From assembly GCA_964592485.1 (NCBI GenBank), contig CAZQEY010000001.1, positions 95,935 through 159,934 of the forward strand: 64,000 nt of DNA. Direction: 5' to 3'. The DNA is from an uncultured Planctomycetales bacterium. Its GTDB lineage: Bacteria; Omnitrophota; Gorgyraeia; Gygaellales; JAHJCI01. A program made the translations under genes and the position numbers. The notes below the pieces were generated by a model. The model had not been told where the DNA came from and did not search any database. It worked only from the letters and a program-made list of their open reading frames with translations. Below, piece by piece: positions 1 to 10,846 of the stretch. Numbering within the stretch: the stretch's first letter is position 1; the number at the start of each line of letters is the position of its first letter.

Positions 1-686
1 TACCCTTTAACGATATCCTCAATATACACGTAATCACGAGTAAATCTGCCGTCGCTTCTTATGATAAATTGTTTTCGTTTTAAAATACTATAGATAGCAT
101 CAGGAACTAATCTCGAGAGGTTCCAATCACCTGGTCCATATATATTTCCGCACCGCGTAATGCATACGGGTACTTGATAGGTATGATAATAAGCATTCGC
201 CAGAAGGTCAGCACAACTCTTTGAAACATCATAAGGGTGAATTCCCTGTAACGGCATCTCTTCCGTATAGGGTAGAATTTCTTGAGAACCATAAGCCTTA
301 TCACTAGAGGCGATTATCAAACTCCTTAGAAATATTTTGCTTCTGCAAGATTCTAAAATATTCCAAGTTCCTTGAATATTAGATTTAAATGTTTTAACAG
401 GGTCTTTATTTGCCTTGCTTACAATAGCCTCCGCAGCAAGGTGGAATATAATCTGCGGTTTATATTTGTTAATTAGTCTTTTTATAAGAGTCAAATCAGA
501 AACATCTCCTTTTATACACACTATAGAAACCCGCAATCCCTTTAAGACAGACCTTGGCCTTTGAAATACGCGGTCTAATCCGATAACATAAGCTGACTTA
601 TTTATTAAAATCTTAGTCAGCCATGAACCCAAAAAACCTTCATAACCAGTAATGAGTACCCTCTTATTTTTCCAAAAGCTATTCAT
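1..686 (-). CDS. rfbG: CDP-glucose 4,6-dehydratase, N-terminal ~228 aa; the 3' end runs off the window start. Not in the ORF track because it is truncated.
   Basis: The reverse complement from an ATG at 686-684 translates to MNSFWKNKRVLITGYEGFLGSWL...IIASSDKAYG...YDVSKSCADLL. This has the Rossmann GxxGxxG and YxxxK of extended SDRs and closely resembles the CDP-glucose 4,6-dehydratase N-terminus. The ATG lies directly after the rfbF stop. Confidence 0.8.
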   Translation of the reverse strand, partial: MNSFWKNKRVLITGYEGFLGSWLTKILINKSAYVIGLDRVFQRPRSVLKGLRVSIVCIKGDVSDLTLIKRLINKYKPQIIFHLAAEAIVSKANKDPVKTFKSNIQGTWNILESCRSKIFLRSLIIASSDKAYGSQEILPYTEEMPLQGIHPYDVSKSCADLLANAYYHTYQVPVCITRCGNIYGPGDWNLSRLVPDAIYSILKRKQFIIRSDGRFTRDYVYIEDIVKG

Positions 687-1481
687 CTACCACGCCTTCC
701 AAGGTGCTTTTGCCCTTTCCCAAAGGTCTGTTAATAAATTCAATTCTCTCTGTGTATCCATACATTGCCAAAACCCAGTATGGACATATACCGAAAGCTG
801 CAGTTGTGCACTCAGTTTCTCTAAAGGCTCTCTTTCTAAAGAACAATCATCTTTATTGGTTAAATATTGAAAAAACTTCCTGTTAAAAACAAAGAAACCT
901 CCATTAATAAAACCTTTGGTAGTTTGAGTCTTTTCGCTAAAAGTTACCACCTTATTGCCCTTTATTATAAGCTCTCCAAAACGCGAAGAGGGATGTACGG
1001 CTGTAATAGTACCTATTTTCTTTCGCGCCATATGAAGATTAAACAATTCTTTAATATTTATATCTGCAACGCCATCGCCATAGGTAACCATAAATGTATC
1101 TTCCCTAATATATTGCTCTATCCTCTTTATCCTTGCACCTGTTTGGGTATTTTGTCCAGTATCTACAAGGGTTACTTTCCAGTCTCTTTCTAAATGATTG
1201 CTATGAAATTCAATTTTACCCTTATCTCCTAAACTAATTGTAAAATCATTATTCATTGCCTCATAATTTAAGAAATACTCCTTGATTTTTTCTCCTTTAT
1301 AACCTAAACAGAGAATAAAATCTTTGAATCCACAATGTGCATACATCTTCATTATGTGCCATAAGATAGGCCTGCCACCGATTTCCACCATTGGCTTTGG
1401 TTTAAATTCTGTCTCTTCCTTTAACCTCGTTCCTCTACCACCACATAAGATTACCACTGAACATTTTTCTATTTTGCTCAA
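687..1481 (-). CDS. rfbF: glucose-1-phosphate cytidylyltransferase
   Basis: MSKIEKCSVVILCGGRGTRLKEETEFKPKPMVEIGGRPILWHIMKMY matches the RfbF N-terminus (GGxGTRL, KPMVEIGGxPILWHIMK). The 264-aa size is typical. Confidence 0.9.
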   Translation of the reverse strand: MSKIEKCSVVILCGGRGTRLKEETEFKPKPMVEIGGRPILWHIMKMYAHCGFKDFILCLGYKGEKIKEYFLNYEAMNNDFTISLGDKGKIEFHSNHLERDWKVTLVDTGQNTQTGARIKRIEQYIREDTFMVTYGDGVADINIKELFNLHMARKKIGTITAVHPSSRFGELIIKGNKVVTFSEKTQTTKGFINGGFFVFNRKFFQYLTNKDDCSLEREPLEKLSAQLQLSVYVHTGFWQCMDTQRELNLLTDLWERAKAPWKAW

Positions 1482-1561
1482 TTTGCCTCCTTTAAAGCTA
1501 TTAAACTATGATATTCTTCAAGATATCCTTAAAAGTTAGACCGTTATCTGAAGACAACCTT

Positions 1562-3265
1562 TCAATTACTTTTTCTATTACTCACTAAATAACACGAATA
1601 TGTATTATTAAAGTATACTTGAGGATACGGCAAATTGAAACGCTTTGGTAGTGCTATATAATCTAATTTCCAAGGCGCATTTTCAATTATGCGTTTGATT
1701 CCTAAATTATCCCCCTGAGTAATAAGCTGAATTAAGTTGTTAATAAATTCTACTCTTTTTAAGTGTTCTTGTTTGAATTCATAATTTAAATAAAAGCTCG
1801 CATAATCACCAGTCAACATTGGCCTACAAGAGAATCCTCTAAAAGTGTAATTATCAGAAAGGTAACCGTAAGAATCTATTAAACAAATAAAGACACTATC
1901 CGTCTCTGTATTCTCTTTTGCCCACACTTGACAATCATAGTGATCTCTTTCAAGATTAAATACAATTAAAGGAAAGAATGGCGACCTTAATTTATAAGAT
2001 TTTAAAGTACTATTTCCCGCTTTTATAAAAAGAAAAATAATAACAGCCATATAGACCCACGCGGCTAATGGTGTTAACTTCATCTTAATTGAAAGCTTCT
2101 TATTATGATATACAAACAAGTAAGCAATAATGATGCATACAATATATATTAAAACCGATATTTTAAAATTAGGAAAAAAAGCCAGGGTAAAGAGCCCAAT
2201 GATACATATGTTTCGAATTGCTTTTTTTTGAGCTTTGACTGTACATTTGAGTAAAACACCACCAATAACTATAATTGAAATAATTAGAGGATATACCATA
2301 CTCCTGGAAAAGGTTAATGTCATCATCTCGGGTATAGGGATTAATTTATACAAATAGGATGTATATAGGATTCCAAAAAGAACTACAACAATCGATGTCG
2401 AATACATATAATATAGTTTACGACGCTGGATAGCATTTTTTAAAAATCTTACTGACCACACTCCTCCGCAGAAGATGAAGAAGAATTTCAAAAAATCAGT
2501 CCAGCAGTTAGCAAACATATCAATTTTACCACGCTCTCTTAGAATAATCCCGTTGCATAGTTCTAAACGTTGTGCATAAGCAAGTGTACTACCAACACTT
2601 TGAGATCGATAAAGAATAATAATAAGTGCACTTATAAAAACAAAAAAGCCTATAATAGCAACCCTGTTGAATTGAATTCTTTTGAAAGAGAAAAGTAAAT
2701 AAACCAGAACCATAATGAGGATAAACCAAGAAGACTTAAGATGCAATGGCATAGCTATGATTGCAATAAGAAACACTGATAACAATAATTTGTTTTTAAA
2801 ATAATAATAAAGAGCTGCTGCAAGAATAGGCATTGCTACTACTGTTTGAGAAAAGGTATGTTGATAGACTAATTGAGATGTTATCGTGAAAATAGGATAG
2901 TCATACAAAAATAATAATAAGACTATGAGACCAACGTTATATTCTTTTAAATCCGGAAATAATGCCCTTGCAATTTTAAATATGAAATAAATGTGTGTCA
3001 GGCTTGCAATAATATAAAGGAAAAAAATAAAATAGGTATTAGATGGCAATTTTCCAAATATTTTTAATAAGGGATATAAATAACTAGTTGATGCAATTAT
3101 TGAATTATGTACATACATATCATTAGGAAAGTATGTTGGGTCCTCAAATAAGGAAAAAATAGGCATATAGGCAGCACTGTTAACCCCTGAAAATCGAACA
3201 AAACATAAAAGCAAGCCATAAATTAAAATATATAAGTATATAATTTTATCTCTGCCTTCTGACAT
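1562..3265 (-). CDS. polytopic membrane protein (about 12 predicted TM segments plus a C-terminal soluble domain); putative GT-C-like glycosyltransferase or glycan polymerase
   Basis: Long hydrophobic stretches run through the first ~400 aa, with an acidic ED pair in the first extracytoplasmic loop (FSLFEDPTYF). No specific family is recognised. Confidence 0.5.
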   Translation of the reverse strand: MSEGRDKIIYLYILIYGLLLCFVRFSGVNSAAYMPIFSLFEDPTYFPNDMYVHNSIIASTSYLYPLLKIFGKLPSNTYFIFFLYIIASLTHIYFIFKIARALFPDLKEYNVGLIVLLLFLYDYPIFTITSQLVYQHTFSQTVVAMPILAAALYYYFKNKLLLSVFLIAIIAMPLHLKSSWFILIMVLVYLLFSFKRIQFNRVAIIGFFVFISALIIILYRSQSVGSTLAYAQRLELCNGIILRERGKIDMFANCWTDFLKFFFIFCGGVWSVRFLKNAIQRRKLYYMYSTSIVVVLFGILYTSYLYKLIPIPEMMTLTFSRSMVYPLIISIIVIGGVLLKCTVKAQKKAIRNICIIGLFTLAFFPNFKISVLIYIVCIIIAYLFVYHNKKLSIKMKLTPLAAWVYMAVIIFLFIKAGNSTLKSYKLRSPFFPLIVFNLERDHYDCQVWAKENTETDSVFICLIDSYGYLSDNYTFRGFSCRPMLTGDYASFYLNYEFKQEHLKRVEFINNLIQLITQGDNLGIKRIIENAPWKLDYIALPKRFNLPYPQVYFNNTYSCYLVSNRKSN

Positions 3266-3309
3266 TAGGATACCTGCCCCTTATATAGATCTTGGTTATT
3301 AAGAAAAAT

Positions 3310-4155
3310 CTAAAGTGGCTCTAAAATAAAGAAATTAAAATAGCTTCCCTCATTTTTATGAGTCAAACCCAATGGTTTAAAATAATTTATAGGAAAATTA
3401 TCGCAAAACCTCAAAAATGCATAACTTATTATCTTTTTAAAATCAGCAGTAGAAAACTCAAAGACATGGCAATCAACATCCCTTACCGAAGACTCCGACC
3501 ACCCTCCCTTATTAATATCCAGCATTTTTAGATTCTTCCAATAATCCAAATCATAAATAATTGTTCTTTCTACATATGGTATGGACAAAAATATCCTTTT
3601 TTTTGTCACTCTCCTTAATTCTTTTAGGGCTTGGACTGGATTTGGTATATGTTCGATACACTCAAAACAAAAGGTGTATTCAAAAGACTTATCCCCAAAG
3701 GGAAGCTGCTCGATATCTCCTACCTCTGCCTCTATACCACTTTTCTTTATAAATTCTACCACGTCAGGATTGATATTTACTGAAAGACCTCTGCGCCTCA
3801 TCGCACGCAAAAGAATCCCACTAGTATCTCCGATATCAGCTACAGCTATATTATTATCAAAAAGCTGAGGATAATATTCTAAAAAAAACTTGTATATCCG
3901 ATAATATCTTATTTGATTTATAAACAAGTCTGGGTGTTCCCTGGTTTGCCTCATGGGTTCGTATACGTAATGATTATTTAAATCTTCCTGAGGAAATAAT
4001 TCTTGAATTTCCGGCGTGGAATTAATTAACATATGGAGCTTTTCATAAAGCCTACTAATATATATATTGTATAGTCTCTTTATAAATGAAAACACAGAAC
4101 TGGGAAGCATCCGCTTTACAATAGATTTTATGTTCATAATTTCATTAATTAACAA
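3310..4155 (-). CDS. class I SAM-dependent methyltransferase
   Basis: Motif I-like VADIGDTSGILL, followed by the acidic and hydrophobic motifs (ECIEHIPNP) typical of Methyltransf_11/23. Confidence 0.65.
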   Translation of the reverse strand: MLINEIMNIKSIVKRMLPSSVFSFIKRLYNIYISRLYEKLHMLINSTPEIQELFPQEDLNNHYVYEPMRQTREHPDLFINQIRYYRIYKFFLEYYPQLFDNNIAVADIGDTSGILLRAMRRRGLSVNINPDVVEFIKKSGIEAEVGDIEQLPFGDKSFEYTFCFECIEHIPNPVQALKELRRVTKKRIFLSIPYVERTIIYDLDYWKNLKMLDINKGGWSESSVRDVDCHVFEFSTADFKKIISYAFLRFCDNFPINYFKPLGLTHKNEGSYFNFFILEPL

Positions 4156-5645
4156 TACTTCTGCTGATAGATATCTCTAAGTTGTTTAAATTTCGCATTT
4201 CCCACTTCATCAAATTTCTCAGCCCTGTTGATTTCGTTCCAGAACTGCTTAGACATCTTTACATACATCACAAAAGTTCGCATAAGACCTCGAATCTCTT
4301 GGTTTAATAATTGTGGCATCTCAAGAATGCTGCCCAGTGTCACACATATCGGTAAGGGCAAATCTTCTCTGATAAATCCATTTTTTTTACAGACTTCATA
4401 CAATTCAGTACCCTTGAAGGGATAAAATGCATAAGCATTACAGCTATCAAAAATAGTCTTTCTATTTAACTCAATAGTATCAAATATCAATTCCCTTGTT
4501 TCAAAAGGAAAACCAATTATATTATTTACCGTCAAAGGAATACCAGCCTCATTTATTATTTTAGTAGCTTCTATAAATATTTCATTATCAAACTCTTTCT
4601 TTAATACCCTTTTTCTAAACTCAGGATTACCATGTTCAAGACCTATTGACATTCGATGGCAACCTACACTTTTAAGTCGCCTCATTCTATCTGGCTTAAC
4701 AGTTTCGGGCCTGGTCTGAATCCAAAAGGGGAGTTTAAACTCTGAATACATCTCTATAAATTCATCAAATTCCCTGTCAGACATTACCAGGAAAGTATCG
4801 GAGGCAAAATATATATATTCGGCCTGCCATTTATCAATCAGGAATTTTAGTTCTTGATGTATTTTTTTTATGCTTTTTTTCCTGAAAAAATTGTGTACAT
4901 TATTGTTCCTATATAGCTTGGCAATAGTCGGAGAATTGCAGAATGTGCAATGAAAAAGGCAACCCCTATTGGTCTCCATAGGAACCATTCTATATACCCC
5001 TCCTGCCATTGGCCGATATAATCTGCGAGAGTCAAAAACACTGTAGTCAGGTATAGGTAGAGAGTTTAAATCTACAATTCCATTCAAAGCATTCCTAATA
5101 ATTCTGCCATCGTTTTTCTTTACCCATAAATTCTTAATTCTCGTATAATCTCTTGCTTCAGCTAAACTTTCGCATAACTCTAATAAGGCAATCTCGCCTT
5201 CCCCAACACATACGAAGTCAACAGAAGGATTCGCTATAGCCTCATCAGGAGCTACAGTAGGAAATACCCCTCCTGCTACTACCGGTATTTTATAATCCTC
5301 AATGGCCTCCAACATTCTAGACCCCATATGATACGTCCCTTCCAATGCCGATAGAGCAATAAGATTGGGTTTAAAATCTTCTACTTTTGCTCTAAGATCC
5401 TGGAACATATCTCCTTTGTTCGAGTAAATACCCCTTTCCTGAAAACTAAAAGGTTTTACTTGCAAATGTTCTAACTTTGCTAAATCAGAATTAATCGTTT
5501 CTGTTTCATAAAATGTGCTATCAAATACATCAACTTCAATCCTGCGCTCTTTCAATATAGCAGCCATAATGCCTATAGCAATAGGGGGTGGATTAAGAAA
5601 AGGCTCATTAGGATAAAGAAACAGGACTTTAAATTTAGAATTCAC
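4149..5645 (-). CDS. cobalamin (B12)-binding radical SAM enzyme (class B rSAM)
   Basis: N-terminal B12-binding-like Rossmann region, then a CxxxCxxC cluster motif (RGCLFHCTFCNS). It is a paralog of the rSAM at 35075-36571 (shared IKNLWVKK, CVGEGE and DLNSLP blocks). Confidence 0.85.
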   Translation of the reverse strand: MNSKFKVLFLYPNEPFLNPPPIAIGIMAAILKERRIEVDVFDSTFYETETINSDLAKLEHLQVKPFSFQERGIYSNKGDMFQDLRAKVEDFKPNLIALSALEGTYHMGSRMLEAIEDYKIPVVAGGVFPTVAPDEAIANPSVDFVCVGEGEIALLELCESLAEARDYTRIKNLWVKKNDGRIIRNALNGIVDLNSLPIPDYSVFDSRRLYRPMAGGVYRMVPMETNRGCLFHCTFCNSPTIAKLYRNNNVHNFFRKKSIKKIHQELKFLIDKWQAEYIYFASDTFLVMSDREFDEFIEMYSEFKLPFWIQTRPETVKPDRMRRLKSVGCHRMSIGLEHGNPEFRKRVLKKEFDNEIFIEATKIINEAGIPLTVNNIIGFPFETRELIFDTIELNRKTIFDSCNAYAFYPFKGTELYEVCKKNGFIREDLPLPICVTLGSILEMPQLLNQEIRGLMRTFVMYVKMSKQFWNEINRAEKFDEVGNAKFKQLRDIYQQKYC

Positions 5646-7645
5646 CCTTCTACGCTCCTGAGGAGATTATCATAGTATTGTTTGTCGTCTAAATAAATAT
5701 TCAAATATTTATTTAAGAATTTTCTATAACCATTCCCGTCAATATCTCGCCTATTTTGCATAATACGAATCACAGTATTAAATAACTCAACTGGATTATT
5801 TATATATATTGCTAAATTACTAAGCTTAGATAAAGGGCAAAGGTCAATTATACTATAAAGAGAGGGAACGATAACCGGAATACCATTGTAAATTGCCCAG
5901 AAAACCGAAGAAGACTCCTTTACAATCATTGCTTTTGATTCCGGTATAATCTCTTGCAAACGCTTATTTGTAAACTTAAATACCTTGCTGTTTATATCCA
6001 ACCCCATCCTCCTAGCCACCTTCTGGATAGGGTCGCAAGGATGCGTCTTAAGTAAGATATCGAAGTTTAAATTCTTGTCATTAAAGGCATGAAATAATAA
6101 CAGTAGCATTTCTCGATTCTCAAGCGGACAAAGAGAAAACGGCACGACAACCTGACCCTTTCTCCTTTCCTTTATGGTTAAGATATCTGGAGATTCTCTA
6201 AAATCATGAAATCTAAATCCGCCTAAAATAAATAATTTTTCTCTAGGCCAACAACCCTGAAGAAGAATATCTCTGGTGATACTCCCTACACAACCCAAAT
6301 AATCTGGGGCAGGACAATATTTTACATAGTCATTTCCCCTTAAATCCTCTGGATGGTCGAAATAATTAAGCATTAACAACGGCACTATTGAATGTTGCAT
6401 CCCAACACATGTAATATCTCCTCTTTTTGCACAGGCAACAATTAATGCTTTCTCCCAGGATTGCATCTCTGCAAAATAAAGCACTTTTATATATTTGGGG
6501 AGATCTTCAATAATGTTTGAAAATGCTATGTAATTGCTAATTCCCCAAATAAGTATTTTGCCCATAAAAGATGACAGAAAATCCTTCTTAAGTATTTCCC
6601 ATAAATTTATCCTGAGATTAGTAACAGGATCCCGATAAACAAAGTGAGCTCTATATCTATTTAGATTTATCAATGCCCTGACAGATAAGAGAAAATAGGT
6701 AAAAATAATTCTACTGAATTCTTTATATCCTAACCATTCTTCCAGTATAAAAAATTTACTGTTTTCTTTAACCCTCTTGGCTATCTTCAAAGTCTTAGAC
6801 CAATTATATGAGTTTATAGGAACGAACATCCCCAGCCATGCTACTTTGTTTTTATGATTACTCTCTATAGAATTTTGAAGAGAGCCATAAGCCAGATTGA
6901 CAAATCTTCCATCTTTAAGTTTTGTTTCATCAACAGAAGGAAAAGCAGTGACAGCCAAAATCTTGGAATCACGGAGATATTCTCTTTGATTTTTAAAGCG
7001 CCTCTCTAACCTCTTAGCGCCAATGGCTCTTTGTAATAGTGCCAGAATAAATTTTGCCACTCTTAACATTTCTATGAATATTAATTTAATCTCTCCCGTA
7101 TAGCCATGATAACTTCTGTAGCCAGAAATAGATACGAAATCATCTAGTCCAGAAGCAGATAATACATTGCCAATTACACCATTTTTTCTATTTAACCATA
7201 TTTGTTCACACCCTAATTCATTTTTTAAATGTAATATAGTCAAAATTTTGCAAAACTTAGTGAAAGCAGAGCTTTTATAAGGATTCTTTTCTGCAATTAA
7301 GGAAAACCACCATACAGAAAATTCACCAGAAGGATAAGTGAAATATCTTTTTAAATTTATACCATTAAAAAAATCCTTTTCTCCGAGTTCATGAATAAAG
7401 TTTATATATTCCTGTTTTAACTCAAACGCCTTTTTATTAAACCTATATATAAAATCTACTAACTCAGCTTCTATAGTAGTTTTTTTCTCTAAAGATTTCT
7501 TAAGCTGTTGGGCAAGTCTATCCGCATTATATTCAATCGGACATAAGAAAACTTCCTCTATATTATTATTATCGCCAGAAATCCTCCTCAAAACTTCAGT
7601 CTCTCTGTCTCTTCCTGTGAGTACCAGTAAAATTCTTTTGCCCAT
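5642..7645 (-). CDS. large hypothetical protein with a TagF-like (CDP/CMP-donor GT-B) C-terminal domain
   Basis: C-terminus has an HP motif (KTHPCDP) and ...MIVKESSSVFWAIYNGIPVIV. This resembles the catalytic His-Pro and D-Y-S-S...P-V-I blocks of TagB/TagF glycerophosphotransferases and the HP motif of bacterial sialyltransferases. Its 4-nt overlap with the downstream rSAM suggests co-translation. Confidence 0.45.
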   Translation of the reverse strand: MGKRILLVLTGRDRETEVLRRISGDNNNIEEVFLCPIEYNADRLAQQLKKSLEKKTTIEAELVDFIYRFNKKAFELKQEYINFIHELGEKDFFNGINLKRYFTYPSGEFSVWWFSLIAEKNPYKSSAFTKFCKILTILHLKNELGCEQIWLNRKNGVIGNVLSASGLDDFVSISGYRSYHGYTGEIKLIFIEMLRVAKFILALLQRAIGAKRLERRFKNQREYLRDSKILAVTAFPSVDETKLKDGRFVNLAYGSLQNSIESNHKNKVAWLGMFVPINSYNWSKTLKIAKRVKENSKFFILEEWLGYKEFSRIIFTYFLLSVRALINLNRYRAHFVYRDPVTNLRINLWEILKKDFLSSFMGKILIWGISNYIAFSNIIEDLPKYIKVLYFAEMQSWEKALIVACAKRGDITCVGMQHSIVPLLMLNYFDHPEDLRGNDYVKYCPAPDYLGCVGSITRDILLQGCWPREKLFILGGFRFHDFRESPDILTIKERRKGQVVVPFSLCPLENREMLLLLFHAFNDKNLNFDILLKTHPCDPIQKVARRMGLDINSKVFKFTNKRLQEIIPESKAMIVKESSSVFWAIYNGIPVIVPSLYSIIDLCPLSKLSNLAIYINNPVELFNTVIRIMQNRRDIDGNGYRKFLNKYLNIYLDDKQYYDNLLRSVEG

Positions 7646-7684
7646 TTTAAGTTAAATAGACTAAATATATGATATTATTTAAAT

Positions 7685-8572
7685 CTATTTCCTTATCTTA
7701 ATACCTCTATCATGCTCATGTATAGACTGTAATAATTCCAAGATTCCCTGGCCAAGATCTACGTAACTTGAATTAACTAACCGCTTAGCCAATTTTGGTC
7801 TAAAATTATAAGGGGTTATCTCATAATGCTCCTCGTAATCCTCTTTCGTAAACTCTAATTCAATTTCGTTATTCATCATCTCTTTAATCATTATTAACAG
7901 ATCCTTAATTCGCATGGGTTGATGCCCTGATATCATTACATATTGATTTTTAAACTCATCATCCAATATCTTAACACTTAGACGTGCAGCATCATAAACA
8001 TGTATGTACTCTCGTAACTCTTCGCCATCTCCCCTGCGTGTAATCTTCTTCTCAATTAGAGCTTGCATTAAAGTGTTGTAAATCCAGTTGCGCGCGTCAG
8101 CTCGAGGACCATATAAAGACCCATATCTTAAAATAGTGAAATCGATGTTATGCTGTTTATGGTAACATTCAATTATCAATTCACAGGCCTGTTTGCTGGC
8201 TCGATAGTACGACCCTGCCTGGCTATAAACATATACAGTACTGGCGAATATAAAACGTTTAACGTTGTTCAAACAACAAGCTTCCAATATATTCGTGGTG
8301 CCAATAACATTGGTGGTGATGGTATTGTAGGGTTGAGATTTTGCTTCACCGATATCTGCAACTCCTGCAAAATGATATACCACATCCACCCCTTTAGTAA
8401 TCCTTTCAACCGCTTCTGAATCCAAAATATTTCCTACCACCATTTCTTGTGTAGGTTTTAGATAAAGCGTTGGTTTTATGTCACAGATAATGACTTGGTG
8501 ATTGTTCTCAGAAAGACAGTCAGCTACATGACTACCCAAAAAACCTGAACCTCCAAAAACTACTACTTTCAC
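7685..8572 (-). CDS. NAD-dependent epimerase/dehydratase (extended SDR)
   Basis: MKVVVFGGSGFLGSHVADCL Rossmann motif, plus YxxxK context (YYRASKQACE). Confidence 0.8.
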   Translation of the reverse strand: MKVVVFGGSGFLGSHVADCLSENNHQVIICDIKPTLYLKPTQEMVVGNILDSEAVERITKGVDVVYHFAGVADIGEAKSQPYNTITTNVIGTTNILEACCLNNVKRFIFASTVYVYSQAGSYYRASKQACELIIECYHKQHNIDFTILRYGSLYGPRADARNWIYNTLMQALIEKKITRRGDGEELREYIHVYDAARLSVKILDDEFKNQYVMISGHQPMRIKDLLIMIKEMMNNEIELEFTKEDYEEHYEITPYNFRPKLAKRLVNSSYVDLGQGILELLQSIHEHDRGIKIRK

Positions 8573-8640
8573 GATATCCCTCCTTAGATTAATTTCATTT
8601 ATTCTTTAGACATACTAAACAACCTTCCTACTAAGCTTGG

Positions 8641-9279
8641 TTATAATGAAACTAGTGAAGCATCTAGCATATTTAGATTATCTAATCGATGTTGACAGTT
8701 CACTAATTCTTTAGATTCAGAATTAATTCGTGCAATAAAATATACACCTGTATCTCCAGCAGCCTTTAAGTCTGTTATAGAATCGCCTATGAAAACGACC
8801 TCCCGCGGGGAATAGTTATTGCGTGAGATGATGCCAAGAATAATCTCTGTTTTTGAGGGAGGTGAACCATATACTTCCTTAAAATAATCACACAACTCTC
8901 GTTTTGTTACAATGTAATTAAGTTCTTCCTGGGGAGTACCCGAGGCTACAAAAAGAGAGTACTTTTTACAATTTGCTTTAAGGAACTCAATTGCACCAGT
9001 AACAAACGGTGCATTCAGTACCTCCTCTAACACTATGCTAGAAAACTTCCTGCCTAATTCCTCTTCCTGCTGAACAGATAAAGATAATCTTAATATATTT
9101 TTATAGATATACTTGAATTTTACATATCGAGATATACCCATATTCTGAATGTGATGATTTACTATTGCATTTATTTTTTTAGGATAATCTTGTTCAAAAA
9201 GTCTTCTGAAAGCTACTGTTTTAATATCAGCTGATTCGATTATTACGCCATCTAAATCAAAAATAATTGCTTTTATCAT
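8641..9279 (-). CDS. HAD-superfamily hydrolase (subfamily IA phosphatase-like)
   Basis: HAD motif I IIFDLDGVIIES and C-terminal motif VFIGDSITD. I placed the start at ATG 9279, which forms an ATGA overlap with the upstream stop; the track start at 9303 is a TTG. Confidence 0.8.
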   Translation of the reverse strand: MIKAIIFDLDGVIIESADIKTVAFRRLFEQDYPKKINAIVNHHIQNMGISRYVKFKYIYKNILRLSLSVQQEEELGRKFSSIVLEEVLNAPFVTGAIEFLKANCKKYSLFVASGTPQEELNYIVTKRELCDYFKEVYGSPPSKTEIILGIISRNNYSPREVVFIGDSITDLKAAGDTGVYFIARINSESKELVNCQHRLDNLNMLDASLVSL

Positions 9280-9938
9280 TCGAAAATTCCTGCTACCGTA
9301 CAAGGAACACTATCTACCCCTTCTACCCTAAGCGGCGCAACCCAAACCTCTTTTAAATTCTTGGTATTCTCTGGTATATCCATATCCTCTATAAGCAATA
9401 TAGGATGCCCTTCTCCTTCTGGATTTAAAAATGCTCTATGTGCTTCTCTTCCTAATTCACGGTGTTGATAAGATGATATAGAAACCCAATCAAAACCTAT
9501 AGCCCTGAGTAAAGGACGTTCTCTCCTCAACCACACTCCTAACTCTGGATTAATACCTGGATTTCGAAGACTGTAGACCTCATCTCCTCTTAATCTTCTC
9601 CAGCCAGATCTTAAAAGTAATAAATCAGCTTCTGGATTAATTTGGGCGGTTAAATCTTTATAAGATAAAATTTGTGCAGGTTGCACTTTTATTGACAATA
9701 CCTGTGGCTTGCGGAATAGCCAAAAATCTGCTTCATAATCAATAATTCTTGCGCCATTGACAAAAAAGTGAGCTGGGCAATCTATATGGGTTCCCCAATG
9801 ATTCTCCATTCCTATCCAATAAACCTGACAAGAATCACCATTCTCGATTGACTTCACCTGTCGTACTCTCATATTTTTTTTAATTGAACCATAAACAGGA
9901 ATCTGTGCCGATAATTTGTAGGACAGGTATTTTATCAT
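9276..9938 (-). CDS. putative cyclase / kynurenine-formamidase-family metal hydrolase
   Basis: HWGTHIDCPAHF matches the HxGTHxDxPxH signature of the cyclase family. Confidence 0.65.
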   Translation of the reverse strand: MIKYLSYKLSAQIPVYGSIKKNMRVRQVKSIENGDSCQVYWIGMENHWGTHIDCPAHFFVNGARIIDYEADFWLFRKPQVLSIKVQPAQILSYKDLTAQINPEADLLLLRSGWRRLRGDEVYSLRNPGINPELGVWLRRERPLLRAIGFDWVSISSYQHRELGREAHRAFLNPEGEGHPILLIEDMDIPENTKNLKEVWVAPLRVEGVDSVPCTVAGIFE

Positions 9939-10846
9939 TACTCCCTTAATCCCCCCAGTAGGTTTCTTGCCGCTTGCATTTCCATCTCTACCCTTGCCTC
10001 TTTGGCATAAGAGCCTATGTGAGGAGTCAAAACAACATTCTCCAACTCATGAAGCCGCCCCTTGTAAGGTTCCTCAGTAAATACATCCAAAGCAGCCCCG
10101 GCAAGATGCCCTCCACGAATAGCTCTATATAAGCCATCTTCGTCCACAGCGGTTCCGCGTGAGACATTTACCAGCCAGGCCCCTTTTTTCATCTGTGATA
10201 ATTCCTGTTCTCTTAATATCTTATCATTGCCTGAAATGTGGATTGAGACGATATCAGCCCATTGAAGTAACTCTCTAAGAGACAAGCGCTCCAACCCTAA
10301 CAATCTATCTGCAACATAGGGATCGTTATAAACTATCTTACAAGCAAAAGGTTTTAACAATTCAGCGACCTTCTGACCAATACGACCAAAACCTATTATT
10401 CCCACTCTTTTCTGGTAAAGCAGATTTCCCATCAGCTTTTCCCATCTTTCATTTTTAATGGCGACATTCATAAGATTGATTTTTCTCAAAAGATTTAAAA
10501 TCAATCCTACAGTTAACTCAGCCACTGCAAGGGTTGGTGCATCTGGAGTATTAAATACCTTTATTCCTAATCTCTTTGCGACATCCAGGTCAACATTATC
10601 AAGACCTGCACCGCAACGCGAAATAACCTTCAGGTTAGTCAATCTCTCCATAATATCAGAGCCTAGTACTTCGGTCCCTGAAATAATACCAACGACATCT
10701 CTGCATATATTTATAACCTCATCTTTATTTAATCTCCTACCATACGGATTCAATATTACAGCCATTCCTTTCCTTTCTAAAAGGCTTAATGGCGCTTTAT
10801 CGTATTTGCCAAATGATGTCGTTGTGATAGCGATTCTCTTATTCAT
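9938..10846 (-). CDS. D-isomer-specific 2-hydroxyacid dehydrogenase (short SerA/GhrA-like)
   Basis: NAD-binding GIIGFGRIGQKVAE. Catalytic-region blocks NVSRGTAVDE and ALDVFTEEP are typical of D-2-hydroxyacid dehydrogenases. Confidence 0.85.
   Translation of the reverse strand: MNKRIAITTTSFGKYDKAPLSLLERKGMAVILNPYGRRLNKDEVINICRDVVGIISGTEVLGSDIMERLTNLKVISRCGAGLDNVDLDVAKRLGIKVFNTPDAPTLAVAELTVGLILNLLRKINLMNVAIKNERWEKLMGNLLYQKRVGIIGFGRIGQKVAELLKPFACKIVYNDPYVADRLLGLERLSLRELLQWADIVSIHISGNDKILREQELSQMKKGAWLVNVSRGTAVDEDGLYRAIRGGHLAGAALDVFTEEPYKGRLHELENVVLTPHIGSYAKEARVEMEMQAARNLLGGLRE

Noticed and set aside
107-304. 65-aa minus-strand ORF at the window start
   Set aside because: It is an alternative frame inside the truncated CDP-glucose 4,6-dehydratase gene. 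The dehydratase frame gives a conserved SDR sequence across this region.
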